Shown here in pieces: positions 56,686-64,000 of a stretch of 64,000 bases of DNA. Location: positions 358-64,357 of the forward strand of contig JAZRZI010000029.1 of NCBI GenBank assembly GCA_045601325.1. Reading direction: 5' to 3'. This DNA comes from Bacilli bacterium. Lineage in GTDB: Bacteria; Bacillota_I; Bacilli_A; RFN20; CAG-826. Under the pieces are notes generated by a model, which saw only the letters and a list, made by a program, of their open reading frames with translations, was not told the origin of the DNA and made no database searches. Numbering within the stretch: the stretch's first letter is position 1; every line of letters starts with the position of its first letter. Both the position numbers and the translations under genes were made by a program.

Positions 56686-59622
56686 ATGTTTGATTATAAA
56701 AAGTTTAAAAATCCAGGCAAAGAATACCGTTCCATTCCTTTTTGGTCTTTAAATGGAAAACTAACAAAAGAAGAATTAAAGAAACAATTAGATTATATGA
56801 AGGAAATGGGCTTTGGTGGTGCGTTCCTTCATTCTAGAACAGGGCTTGAAACCGAATATATGTCTGATGAATGGTTAGACTATATGGAATATTGCACACA
56901 AGTGCTTAAAGAAAACGGTATGTATACTTATCTATACGATGAAGATAGATATCCTAGTGGCACCTGCGGAGGCATGGTCACAATGAACAAAGAGTTTAGA
57001 GAAAAATCTATGCTCTATTATGTTATTGATGATTCTAAAACATTTGTTAAACCTGAAACATTCCTTGGTTATTACGCTTTAGTGTTAGGCGAACATAAAA
57101 AATGTATTTCATATCGCAAGATAGATAATTTTGATGATGTTAAATCTAATGAAACTATTATCTGTGTCTACATTAAATATATGGAAGATGACACATTCTA
57201 TAATGGCTTTTCTATGGTGGATGAGATGAACAGAGATGCGACAGATAAGTTTATCGAATTAACACATGAAAAATATAAACAAAGATTAGGTCATTTATTT
57301 GGTAGTGATATCAAAGGTATCTTTACCGACGAACCTTCTAGAGGTCCTTTATTCACTGGTTTCTCCAGGGAAAGAGAAGCTGATAACGATAACCTAGTCC
57401 CTTACACACAAAAGTTGTTTGAAGAATTTTATAAGAGAAATGGTTACCATCTTGAGGATCATTTGCCAGTTATTTGGTTTGGTTTAGAAAGTGATATGTT
57501 TTCAAAAGTTACATACGATTATGTTGAGACTTTAGAGGAGTTATTCATTGAAAACTTTGCTATTCCGTATCACGAATGGTGCAAGAAGAATAACTTAATC
57601 TTTACCGGTCATATTCTTCACGAAGATAACCTTGCCGCTCAAGTGATAATGTCTGGAAGTATGATGAGATTCTATGAACATTTTGATTATCCAGGTATTG
57701 ATAATTTAGGTAGCGCTAATTACACATATAGTGTTCCAAGTTTAGTAAACTCTATCGCTAAACAAATGGGTAAAGAATATGTCTTAGATGAACTATATGG
57801 TGTTTCTGGTTGGCCAATGAAATTAGAAGATTATAAACGCATTGGTGATTGGCAAAGCGCTGGTGGAGTAACATTACGTTGCCCACACCTAGCTTGGTAT
57901 ACGATGAAAGGTGAAGCTAAAAGAGATTGCCCTGCAACTATTCTTCACCAATCAGCCTGGTTCCGTGATTATAGGATGGTAGAAGATTACTTTGCTAGAT
58001 TAACTTATTTATTAAAATCTGGTTCAGATATGGTGGATATCGCTATTATTAATCCGATTGAATCTTTATGGGGATTAGCGAATCAATATTTATTGATGAA
58101 GTTCTTATGCACGAAGGATCCGCTCGCTAGAAGGATTGATGACGAATATTACATTTTATATAAAGACTTGTTATTAAATGGAATCACTTGTGATTACATC
58201 GATGAAGGCGTTTATCTTGATCATGGTAGTGTGTCTGGAAACACTTTTAGATGTGGAAAAAAGAGTTATCACACGATTCTTTTAAATGGTAACTACACAC
58301 TTAGAAGTAATACTTTAAAAGCATTACAAGAATTTATCTCTAATGGAGGTAAAGTAATTCTAATTGGAGATGAGCCTAAATATTTAGATGGTAATAGACA
58401 TAACTTCTCTAATGAATTAAATGGTGTTATTAAGATTCCTTTTGATACTTCTTTACTATTACCTTTATTAAATAAAGATATAGTGGAAACATCTTCTAAA
58501 AATGTAATTGTTGAAAAACGCACATATGGGGAAGATTTATTCTTATTCTTGTTAAATAGACAGGATAACCCTGAAAGTGTTTCTATCAAGATAAAAACTA
58601 ATAAATATCCACATTTGTTGAATTTAAGAGACGGTTCAATCTCCAATATTTCATATAGTAGAGAGAATGATGAAGTTATTATAAATAAAGACTTTGCTTG
58701 TAATGAGGAATTAGCTATTTTCTGTAGTGATGATTTACCAACGTTAAATATGAGAAAACCTTTAACGTTCTCACCTATCGAATTTAACAATGAATTTTCA
58801 TACGAACTAAAAGAAGATAATATGCTCGTCTTAGATAAGGAATGCGAATTATCTATCGATGATAAAGTGGTAGCCTGTGATTATAGTGTGCATGCTGATC
58901 TAGCACTTAGAAGATATCTTGGTTTACCTATTAGAGATAACCAAATGTTACAGCCTTGGTTCTTAGAAAAATACCACAAAGAAGCCGCTCATAAAGTTTA
59001 TGGTAGATGCAAACAAACATATAGATTTGACGTTAAAAACATTCCTAATTATTTAAAAGTAATGTTTGAATTACAAGATAATGAAGTTATTACTTTAAAC
59101 GGACATAAGATTGATTTATCAAAATTAGAAGAATCTATTATCGATTGTTGTTTCTCTTTAGCTAATATTCCAACTGAATACTTGCTAGAAGGAGAAAACA
59201 TCATTATTGCTGAGTTTGATTACACACTGACAAGTAATGTTGAAGCTTTATATCTATGCGGTGATTTTGGAGTTAAACTTGGTGAAAATAAAGACACAAT
59301 TATTGAGTTGGCAAAAGTTATTGTCCCTGGAGATATAAACGAACAAGGCTTCCCATATTTCGGTGGAAAAATAATCTTACATAGTAAATTAGATAACGGA
59401 ACATACAAAGCAAGTGTAGAAAAGATGGGACCAACTTGTATTTCTATTAATGGCAAATCAATAGCGTTCCCACCTTACGAAACAATATTTGATGTAAATG
59501 ACAATTCATTAGATATAGAAATTACTTATACAAGAATGAATACATTTGGTCAAATTGGTGTTGGAAATTCAAAAGATGGTGTTAAGCCTCAAGAACTCAG
59601 CAGTTTTGTAATATATAGATAA
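56686..59622 (+). CDS. large cytoplasmic glycoside hydrolase (GH106-like alpha-L-rhamnosidase candidate; family tentative)
   Basis: The N-terminal segment IPFWSLNGKLTKEELKKQLDYMKEMGFGGAFLHSRTGL resembles the conserved start of GH106-type enzymes. 978 aa. Confidence 0.45.
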   Translation: MFDYKKFKNPGKEYRSIPFWSLNGKLTKEELKKQLDYMKEMGFGGAFLHSRTGLETEYMSDEWLDYMEYCTQVLKENGMYTYLYDEDRYPSGTCGGMVTMNKEFREKSMLYYVIDDSKTFVKPETFLGYYALVLGEHKKCISYRKIDNFDDVKSNETIICVYIKYMEDDTFYNGFSMVDEMNRDATDKFIELTHEKYKQRLGHLFGSDIKGIFTDEPSRGPLFTGFSREREADNDNLVPYTQKLFEEFYKRNGYHLEDHLPVIWFGLESDMFSKVTYDYVETLEELFIENFAIPYHEWCKKNNLIFTGHILHEDNLAAQVIMSGSMMRFYEHFDYPGIDNLGSANYTYSVPSLVNSIAKQMGKEYVLDELYGVSGWPMKLEDYKRIGDWQSAGGVTLRCPHLAWYTMKGEAKRDCPATILHQSAWFRDYRMVEDYFARLTYLLKSGSDMVDIAIINPIESLWGLANQYLLMKFLCTKDPLARRIDDEYYILYKDLLLNGITCDYIDEGVYLDHGSVSGNTFRCGKKSYHTILLNGNYTLRSNTLKALQEFISNGGKVILIGDEPKYLDGNRHNFSNELNGVIKIPFDTSLLLPLLNKDIVETSSKNVIVEKRTYGEDLFLFLLNRQDNPESVSIKIKTNKYPHLLNLRDGSISNISYSRENDEVIINKDFACNEELAIFCSDDLPTLNMRKPLTFSPIEFNNEFSYELKEDNMLVLDKECELSIDDKVVACDYSVHADLALRRYLGLPIRDNQMLQPWFLEKYHKEAAHKVYGRCKQTYRFDVKNIPNYLKVMFELQDNEVITLNGHKIDLSKLEESIIDCCFSLANIPTEYLLEGENIIIAEFDYTLTSNVEALYLCGDFGVKLGENKDTIIELAKVIVPGDINEQGFPYFGGKIILHSKLDNGTYKASVEKMGPTCISINGKSIAFPPYETIFDVNDNSLDIEITYTRMNTFGQIGVGNSKDGVKPQELSSFVIYR

Positions 59623-59675
59623 GATAACGTCTAATATAATTGACATTGAAGTATATAGATGATATTTTTTTTGTT

Positions 59676-60113
59676 ATGGATAATAAGATTGAAATTGGCA
59701 AAAAAATTAAGAATGCAAGACTGATTCGAAACTTAACCATGGATGTATGCGCGAACAAAGCAGGAATAACTCGGGCCACACTTTGGTCAATAGAAAGTGG
59801 CAAGGGAAATTATTCTATTAATGCTTTGTTAAGTGTTCTTAATTTGCTTAATTTGTCTATTTCTTTTATTTCACCTAAGGAACCAGAACGAAAAAGAGCT
59901 AGTCGTTTAAACTCTTTAATTAATAAAAAAATCAACGAATTTATCGTCTATACAATTGAAGAGTTTGCTGCTTTTGTTAATCGGGATAGTGGTTCAGTAT
60001 ATCGTGAGTTAAAAGAAAAAAATGTAATCAACGAATTGGAAAATGATTATGAAGATTTGCATGGCATGTCTAAAGAATATTTAAATGATTACATTCTTAA
60101 ATTGATTGAATAA
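59676..60113 (+). CDS. XRE-family HTH protein with an uncharacterised C-terminal domain
   Basis: IGKKIKNARLIRNLTMDVCANKAGITRATLWSIESGK is a Cro/C1-type HTH. The ATG at 59676 is preferred over the ORF-track start. Confidence 0.55.
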   Translation: MDNKIEIGKKIKNARLIRNLTMDVCANKAGITRATLWSIESGKGNYSINALLSVLNLLNLSISFISPKEPERKRASRLNSLINKKINEFIVYTIEEFAAFVNRDSGSVYRELKEKNVINELENDYEDLHGMSKEYLNDYILKLIE

Positions 60114-60122
60114 GAGGTATTT

Positions 60123-60614
60123 ATGATTTTGTATCATGGCTCAAATGTAATAGCAGATACACCAAAAATATTAAAATCTGAAAAAGGAAGAGATTTTGGC
60201 TTTGCTTTCTATTTAACTCCTATTAAAGAGCAAGCAGAGAGAATGGCAAAAAGAAAACAAAAATTAGCGTTAATAAAAGACAAAAATGCAAAAGCCATAG
60301 TAAGTGTTTTTGAATGGGATGAAGATGTGTCATCTTTTGCTTATAAAAAATTTATCAAACCTGATGGTGAATGGTTATCGATAATAATTAAATGTAGATG
60401 TGACATTAATTATGTTCATGGCTTTGACATTGTTGAAGGAAAGATTGCTGATGATTCAGTTGGCGAAACTGTTGGATATGTTGTTCGAGGAATCATGCGA
60501 ATAGAGGACGCAATAGAAAAATTAAAATATCAAAAAATAAATTCTCAAATCGCTTTTTGTTCAGAAGACTCGCTTAAAACTTTAAAGTTTGTAACATCTT
60601 ATGAGGTGAAATAA
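60123..60614 (+). CDS. DUF3990-family protein
   Basis: The N-terminus MILYHGSNV...RDFGFAFYLT...EQAERMAK matches my recollection of the conserved DUF3990 start (LYHGS...DFG.GFYLT..QA..WA). Confidence 0.5.
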   Translation: MILYHGSNVIADTPKILKSEKGRDFGFAFYLTPIKEQAERMAKRKQKLALIKDKNAKAIVSVFEWDEDVSSFAYKKFIKPDGEWLSIIIKCRCDINYVHGFDIVEGKIADDSVGETVGYVVRGIMRIEDAIEKLKYQKINSQIAFCSEDSLKTLKFVTSYEVK

Positions 60615-60823
60615 TGGGTCACGTTTTATCAAAAACATACATCATATCGGCCGTCACAGAAATGATTTCTAAAAAATCTCATATTTCTCTTAATGAAGCA
60701 CGTGACCACTTATATTCATCTGTGCTGATTGACTTAATTAATGATGATGAAATGGGGTTATATGGAGATTCTCCATTATATGTTTTTTCTATATATGAAG
60801 AATTAACAAAAAAAGATGAGTAA
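60614..60823 (+). CDS. DUF3791-like small protein (69 aa), partner of the DUF3990 gene
   Basis: Overlaps the upstream stop (ATAATGG). Size and position are typical of the DUF3990/DUF3791 pair. Confidence 0.4.
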   Translation: MGHVLSKTYIISAVTEMISKKSHISLNEARDHLYSSVLIDLINDDEMGLYGDSPLYVFSIYEELTKKDE

Positions 60824-60840
60824 TTTCTTTTTACCCATTT

Positions 60841-61527
60841 TTAATATCCTCTTAATTTAACTTCCTTAACGTATTCTAATAGTACTTTTTGGAATTCTAT
60901 TGCAAGGTCTTCTTTTACTTCGTGAAGTCCTTGTTTTATAACGCCTTCTCTATCTACGAATTTTTGTAAATACAAGATATCCGCCCCTTTAACTAATTCA
61001 CCCATTTCTTTAATAGATTCTACTGTGTGATATTCATTAACGAGTGTAGTTCTAAATTCATATTTAATGTGGTTTTGCTTGAGATATTCAACTGATTCTT
61101 TGATTTTTTCTTCGTGAGGAAATGTATATCCCGCTGTTTCTGGATACATCTTTAAAGAGTTTTTAATATCCATCGCTACATAATCGATCAAGTTATTATC
61201 AACAAGATCTTTTATGACATCTGGTCTAGTCCCGTTAGTGTCTAACTTAACTTTGAAACCCAAAGATTTGATTTGAGATATTCTATCTTTAAGTTCAGGC
61301 ATTAATGTAGGCTCTCCACCCGTTACAACAACAGCGTCTAACAAACCTATTCTAGATTTCAGACAATCTAAAATATCATTAAATGGAATTACATCAGTGG
61401 ATGTCAAAACAGTTGTGCCGTTATGACAAAACGGGCATCTAAAGTTACATTTAGGAGTAAATATAACCGCGGACACCATATCTTCATAATCTAAAATTGA
61501 TAACTTATCTAAACCAACAAATTCCAT
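60841..61527 (-). CDS. nrdG: anaerobic ribonucleoside-triphosphate reductase activating protein (radical SAM)
   Basis: LSILDYEDMVSAVIFTPKCNFRCPFCHN matches the NrdG-type start with a CxxxCxxC cluster. VVTGGEPTL is a SAM-binding motif. Confidence 0.7.
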   Translation of the reverse strand: MEFVGLDKLSILDYEDMVSAVIFTPKCNFRCPFCHNGTTVLTSTDVIPFNDILDCLKSRIGLLDAVVVTGGEPTLMPELKDRISQIKSLGFKVKLDTNGTRPDVIKDLVDNNLIDYVAMDIKNSLKMYPETAGYTFPHEEKIKESVEYLKQNHIKYEFRTTLVNEYHTVESIKEMGELVKGADILYLQKFVDREGVIKQGLHEVKEDLAIEFQKVLLEYVKEVKLRGY

Positions 61528-61639
61528 AGTGAAACTATTATAGATAATTATATATTTTTTGTTAACAAAAAAGAGGTTTGCACCTCTTGTTTTTACTCTT
61601 CGAATTGAATTGTGTACTCACAAATTGTGTTTAGATAAT

Positions 61640-62281
61640 ATGGTTCTTCATAATGATATTTTGGAAATTCCTGTTTCAAAATTTAGATGTAAAAGTGAAT
61701 TTAAAGAAGATAGATTTCTTATGTTTGGAGAAGTAGATACAATAACTAAGTATCAAATAACTGTAACCTATGAACACGATGGTGGTTGGGATGGCGAAAT
61801 ACCTATCTACCAAGGCACAAAATTTAAAAACTTTTTAACTAAATTAGAAAGAAAAGAACCTGTTACTTTCTTGTTTTATGGCGATAGCATTACAGTTGGA
61901 TGTAACGCTAGTGGAACTGAATATGGTGGTAACATAAAGCCATATATGCCTAACTTTGCAACTTTGGTAGTGGATGAACTATCCTCAATCTATGAAACTA
62001 AAATTAATTACGTTAACGCTGCTGTTGGTGGAATGAATACTGATTGGGGAGTGGAAAATGTTCATGAACGTGTTTGTAAATACGCTTCAGATTTAGTTAT
62101 TATCGGGTTCGGAATGAATGATTTTGGTCTAAGTCCTACTGAATTCATTGAAAAAATTAAAAACATAATTTCAGAAGTAAAGAAAATAGTTCCAAATTGT
62201 GAATTTATCGTATGTTCTACAACTGTTCCAAATCCTGCATCTACTTGGTATGATGGTAACCAAAAAGAATATTACAAATAA
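61640..62281 (+). CDS. SGNH/GDSL hydrolase, possibly truncated by an in-frame stop
   Basis: Block I FLFYGDSITVG and block III GFGMNDF are present. There is no block V (DxxH) before the TAA at 62279. The start is uncertain. The ORF-track 5' extension overlaps a hairpin. Confidence 0.5.
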   Translation: MVLHNDILEIPVSKFRCKSEFKEDRFLMFGEVDTITKYQITVTYEHDGGWDGEIPIYQGTKFKNFLTKLERKEPVTFLFYGDSITVGCNASGTEYGGNIKPYMPNFATLVVDELSSIYETKINYVNAAVGGMNTDWGVENVHERVCKYASDLVIIGFGMNDFGLSPTEFIEKIKNIISEVKKIVPNCEFIVCSTTVPNPASTWYDGNQKEYYK

Positions 62282-62482
62282 GTTATAAAATTAGACATTG
62301 ATTATGTCGCTACAATTAATATGACTTCCTTGCATCATGATTTACTAAAAAGAAAAGCATTTAAGAACATGACAGGCAATAATATCAATCAACCAAATGA
62401 CTATTTAGCAAGAATCTATGCTCAAATGATATTGGGCACTATTGTAAAATAGGAAAGTTTGTTAATTACAAAGTTTAAAAAT

Positions 62483-62512
62483 AGAAACAATTTTGTTTGT
62501 TTCTTTTTTATT
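62483..62512 (+). terminator. rho-independent terminator after the SGNH gene region
   Basis: Hairpin agaaacaa-ttttgt-ttgtttct followed by TTTTTTATT. Confidence 0.6.
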
Positions 62513-62538
62513 GAACGCGCGTGTGATACTATATTGCC

Positions 62539-63012
62539 ATGAGCACTAATATTATTAACTGGGATGAGTACTTCATGGGTATTGCAGTACTATCATCATT
62601 ACGCAGTAAAGATCCTAATACCCAAGTAGGAGCATGTATTGCTGATAGTGAACACAAAGTTGTTTCTATTGGCTATAATGGCATGCCACGTCACTGTGAT
62701 GAACATGAGCTTTCATGGAACAAGGGAGAAGGGCTTGATTCCAAGTATTTATATGTTTGTCACGCTGAATTTAATGCTATTTTAAACACACGTGATGGCA
62801 CAGCTTTAAAGGGTTGCACAATTTATGTCACTTTATTCCCTTGCAATGAATGCGCTAAAGCTATCATTCAAACAGGTATTAAAGAAGTTGTCTATGTTTC
62901 TAACAAATATAAAGACCAAGTAACTACTCAAGCATCCGCAAAGATGCTCGAATTAGCGGGTGTTAAAACAAGACAATATGAAGGTAAACTTCCTGAAATT
63001 AGTTATAAATAG
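62539..63012 (+). CDS. dCMP deaminase (ComEB-like cytidine/deoxycytidylate deaminase)
   Basis: HAEFNAI (H-A-E) and PCNECAKAI (PCxxC) zinc-binding motifs. Confidence 0.85.
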   Translation: MSTNIINWDEYFMGIAVLSSLRSKDPNTQVGACIADSEHKVVSIGYNGMPRHCDEHELSWNKGEGLDSKYLYVCHAEFNAILNTRDGTALKGCTIYVTLFPCNECAKAIIQTGIKEVVYVSNKYKDQVTTQASAKMLELAGVKTRQYEGKLPEISYK

Positions 63013-63014
63013 TT

Positions 63015-63806
63015 ATGACACCAAAAGAATACGTCGCAGCAAGAAAAGAAGAAATTAAGGAACTTGTTTCCAAAATGGAAAGAGTCCCATCTTTAACTAT
63101 CGTTCAACTTAATGAAGATGCTGCTAGTAACGCATATGTTAAAGGCAAATTAAAAGACGCTGAATATTTAGGCATCAATGCTAGATTACTTAAGCTTCCT
63201 ATCGAAACTAGTGAAGATGAATTAATGAAAGTAATCGATCAATTAAATCATGATGATACAGTGGATGGCTTTATTGTTCAAATGCCACTTCCAAATGGCA
63301 TAGATGAAGAAAAAGTTAAGCTTGCTGTTGCGCCTAGTAAAGATGTTGATGGCTTCCATCCATTAAGTGCTTTATTTCCATGCACACCTAAAGGCGTTAT
63401 GAACTATTTACATCATGAAAACGTGGAAATCAAAGGTAAAAACGCAGTTGTTTTAGGCAGAAGTAATATCGTTGGCAAACCAATGGCAAAGCTTTTACTT
63501 AAGGATTCCGCTAATGTGACAGTTCTCCATAGCAAGACAACTTTTGAAGATATGTCCTGGTATATTGCTCATGCAGATATTATTGTTGTAGCGATTGGGA
63601 AACAACATTTCTTAGATAATAGATTTACTTATAAGAAAGATGCTGTCATTGTTGATGTTGGCATTTCTAGAGATGAAACTGGTTTACATGGTGACGCTAT
63701 TCCAGATTTACCAGTTAGATTACAAACACCTGTCCCGGGTGGTGTAGGTCTATTAACTAGACTTGCCTTATACGAAAACTTATTAGATATTGTTAATACC
63801 AAATAA
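63015..63806 (+). CDS. folD: bifunctional 5,10-methylene-THF dehydrogenase/cyclohydrolase
   Basis: DVDGFHP, GRSNIVGKP and PVPGGVGLLT match the FolD conserved blocks. Confidence 0.8.
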   Translation: MTPKEYVAARKEEIKELVSKMERVPSLTIVQLNEDAASNAYVKGKLKDAEYLGINARLLKLPIETSEDELMKVIDQLNHDDTVDGFIVQMPLPNGIDEEKVKLAVAPSKDVDGFHPLSALFPCTPKGVMNYLHHENVEIKGKNAVVLGRSNIVGKPMAKLLLKDSANVTVLHSKTTFEDMSWYIAHADIIVVAIGKQHFLDNRFTYKKDAVIVDVGISRDETGLHGDAIPDLPVRLQTPVPGGVGLLTRLALYENLLDIVNTK

Positions 63807-63874
63807 TCATGCCTCTAATTCAAGCTAAATGCCCAAATTGTGGTGATGTCATTAAAGTTAATATTTAAAACAAA

Positions 63875-63912
63875 ACTGGCTATTGTCATAACTGCGATAG
63901 CTAGTTTTTTTG
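63875..63912 (+). terminator. rho-independent terminator after folD
   Basis: Imperfect hairpin ctggctat..atagctag followed by TTTTTTTG. Confidence 0.45.
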
Positions 63913-64000
63913 ATTACATCGCTATTAATACAAGCGATTAATTTATAAAGTTGTTTCTGAACTAATACATTTAAAGGAAGTAATTTCCTTGAATTTTCTT

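Noticed and set aside
61568-61595. Hairpin aagaggt-ttgc-acctctt followed by a T-run upstream of nrdG and inside the ORF-track 5' extension of 61559..62281
   Set aside because: It looks like a bidirectional terminator, but no gene ends there on either strand. It is more likely an insulator or attenuator in the divergent intergenic region. It was used only to argue that the SGNH gene starts further downstream.
62511-62541. Possible leaderless transcript for the dCMP deaminase gene (TGaTACTAT 6 nt before the ATG)
   Set aside because: The spacing to the candidate -35 TTGAAC is too short (10 nt). The call is too uncertain without transcript data.
63809-63868. 19-codon ORF (MPLIQAKCPNCGDVIKVNI) directly after folD
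   Set aside because: It has only one CxxC pair and no RBS. It lies between the folD stop and the terminator hairpin. An open frame this short is expected by chance. Worth a look only if conserved in related genomes.
1-64000. CRISPR arrays, transposases, integrases or phage structural genes
   Set aside because: No regularly spaced direct repeats were seen, and no ORF has recombinase, transposase or capsid/terminase-like motifs. All long ORFs are accounted for by metabolic, transport or surface functions.
1-64000. Mollicutes-type genetic code (TGA = Trp) because of the very low GC content
   Set aside because: Long ORFs of 600-1000 aa are intact under the standard code, with Trp encoded by TGG. 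Genes end at TGA/TAA/TAG immediately before RBS-preceded starts.

Overview
This 64 kb window is AT-rich (roughly 30% GC) and uses the standard genetic code. TGA acts as a stop and Trp is TGG. It looks like a chromosomal accessory/glycan-utilisation region of a low-GC Gram-positive (Bacillota) anaerobe; the use of Lgt-type lipoproteins and the many surface proteins with C-terminal TM-anchor-plus-basic-tail anchors suggest an Erysipelotrichia-type gut organism, but I cannot verify this without a search. I see no rRNA, tRNA, CRISPR array, transposase, integrase or prophage genes. Two parts of the window stand out.

1. A putative polysaccharide-utilisation block sits at about 6.1-18.8 kb. It encodes a secreted protein with 4 carbohydrate-binding-module-like repeats, a GH28 hydrolase, two tandem paralogous InlB-B-repeat lipoproteins, an AraC regulator, an SGNH esterase, a GH78-like hydrolase, an M6-like metalloprotease lipoprotein and a GH29 fucosidase. 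The GH28/GH78-like/SGNH combination suggests pectin or rhamnogalacturonan degradation plus fucose release. A second such block at 43.5-59.6 kb has a short ABC ATPase, a YesL/DUF624-like membrane protein, AraC, two permeases and a substrate-binding lipoprotein. It also has a GH43-like hydrolase, a clan GH-A lipoprotein, a large GH106-like hydrolase and an internally deleted relic copy of that hydrolase.

2. The most unusual region is a 12.4 kb minus-strand block (29.7-42.1 kb) of five large secreted proteins. Two carry the HCxxGxxR active-site motif of protein-tyrosine-phosphatase (PTP)-like phosphatases, and one of these is fused to a sialate-O-acetylesterase-like 'GQSN' domain. Two of these proteins, plus a third surface protein at 52.6-55.3 kb, end in a shared C-terminal motif G-C-[GK]-G-[SN] followed by a TM helix and a basic tail. 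I do not recognise this motif as a described sorting signal.

Other notable elements:
- Two tandem paralogous two-gene lipoprotein cassettes (21.4-25.3 kb). They share a promoter that contains a palindromic operator. One gene has a 7-nt x3 repeat in its signal peptide.
- A class III ribonucleotide reductase NrdD with a fused C-terminal glutaredoxin/NrdH-like domain, translationally coupled to a thioredoxin-reductase-like gene. Its radical-SAM activase NrdG is encoded 33 kb away.
- A WYL-domain (BrxR/CapW-like) regulator next to a Sel1-repeat protein.
- A ribbon-helix-helix/PIN toxin-antitoxin pair with an operator-like palindrome.
- An XRE-DUF3990-DUF3791 gene trio.
- Housekeeping genes: lgt, a CAAX-protease-like (CPBP) membrane protease, dCMP deaminase and folD.
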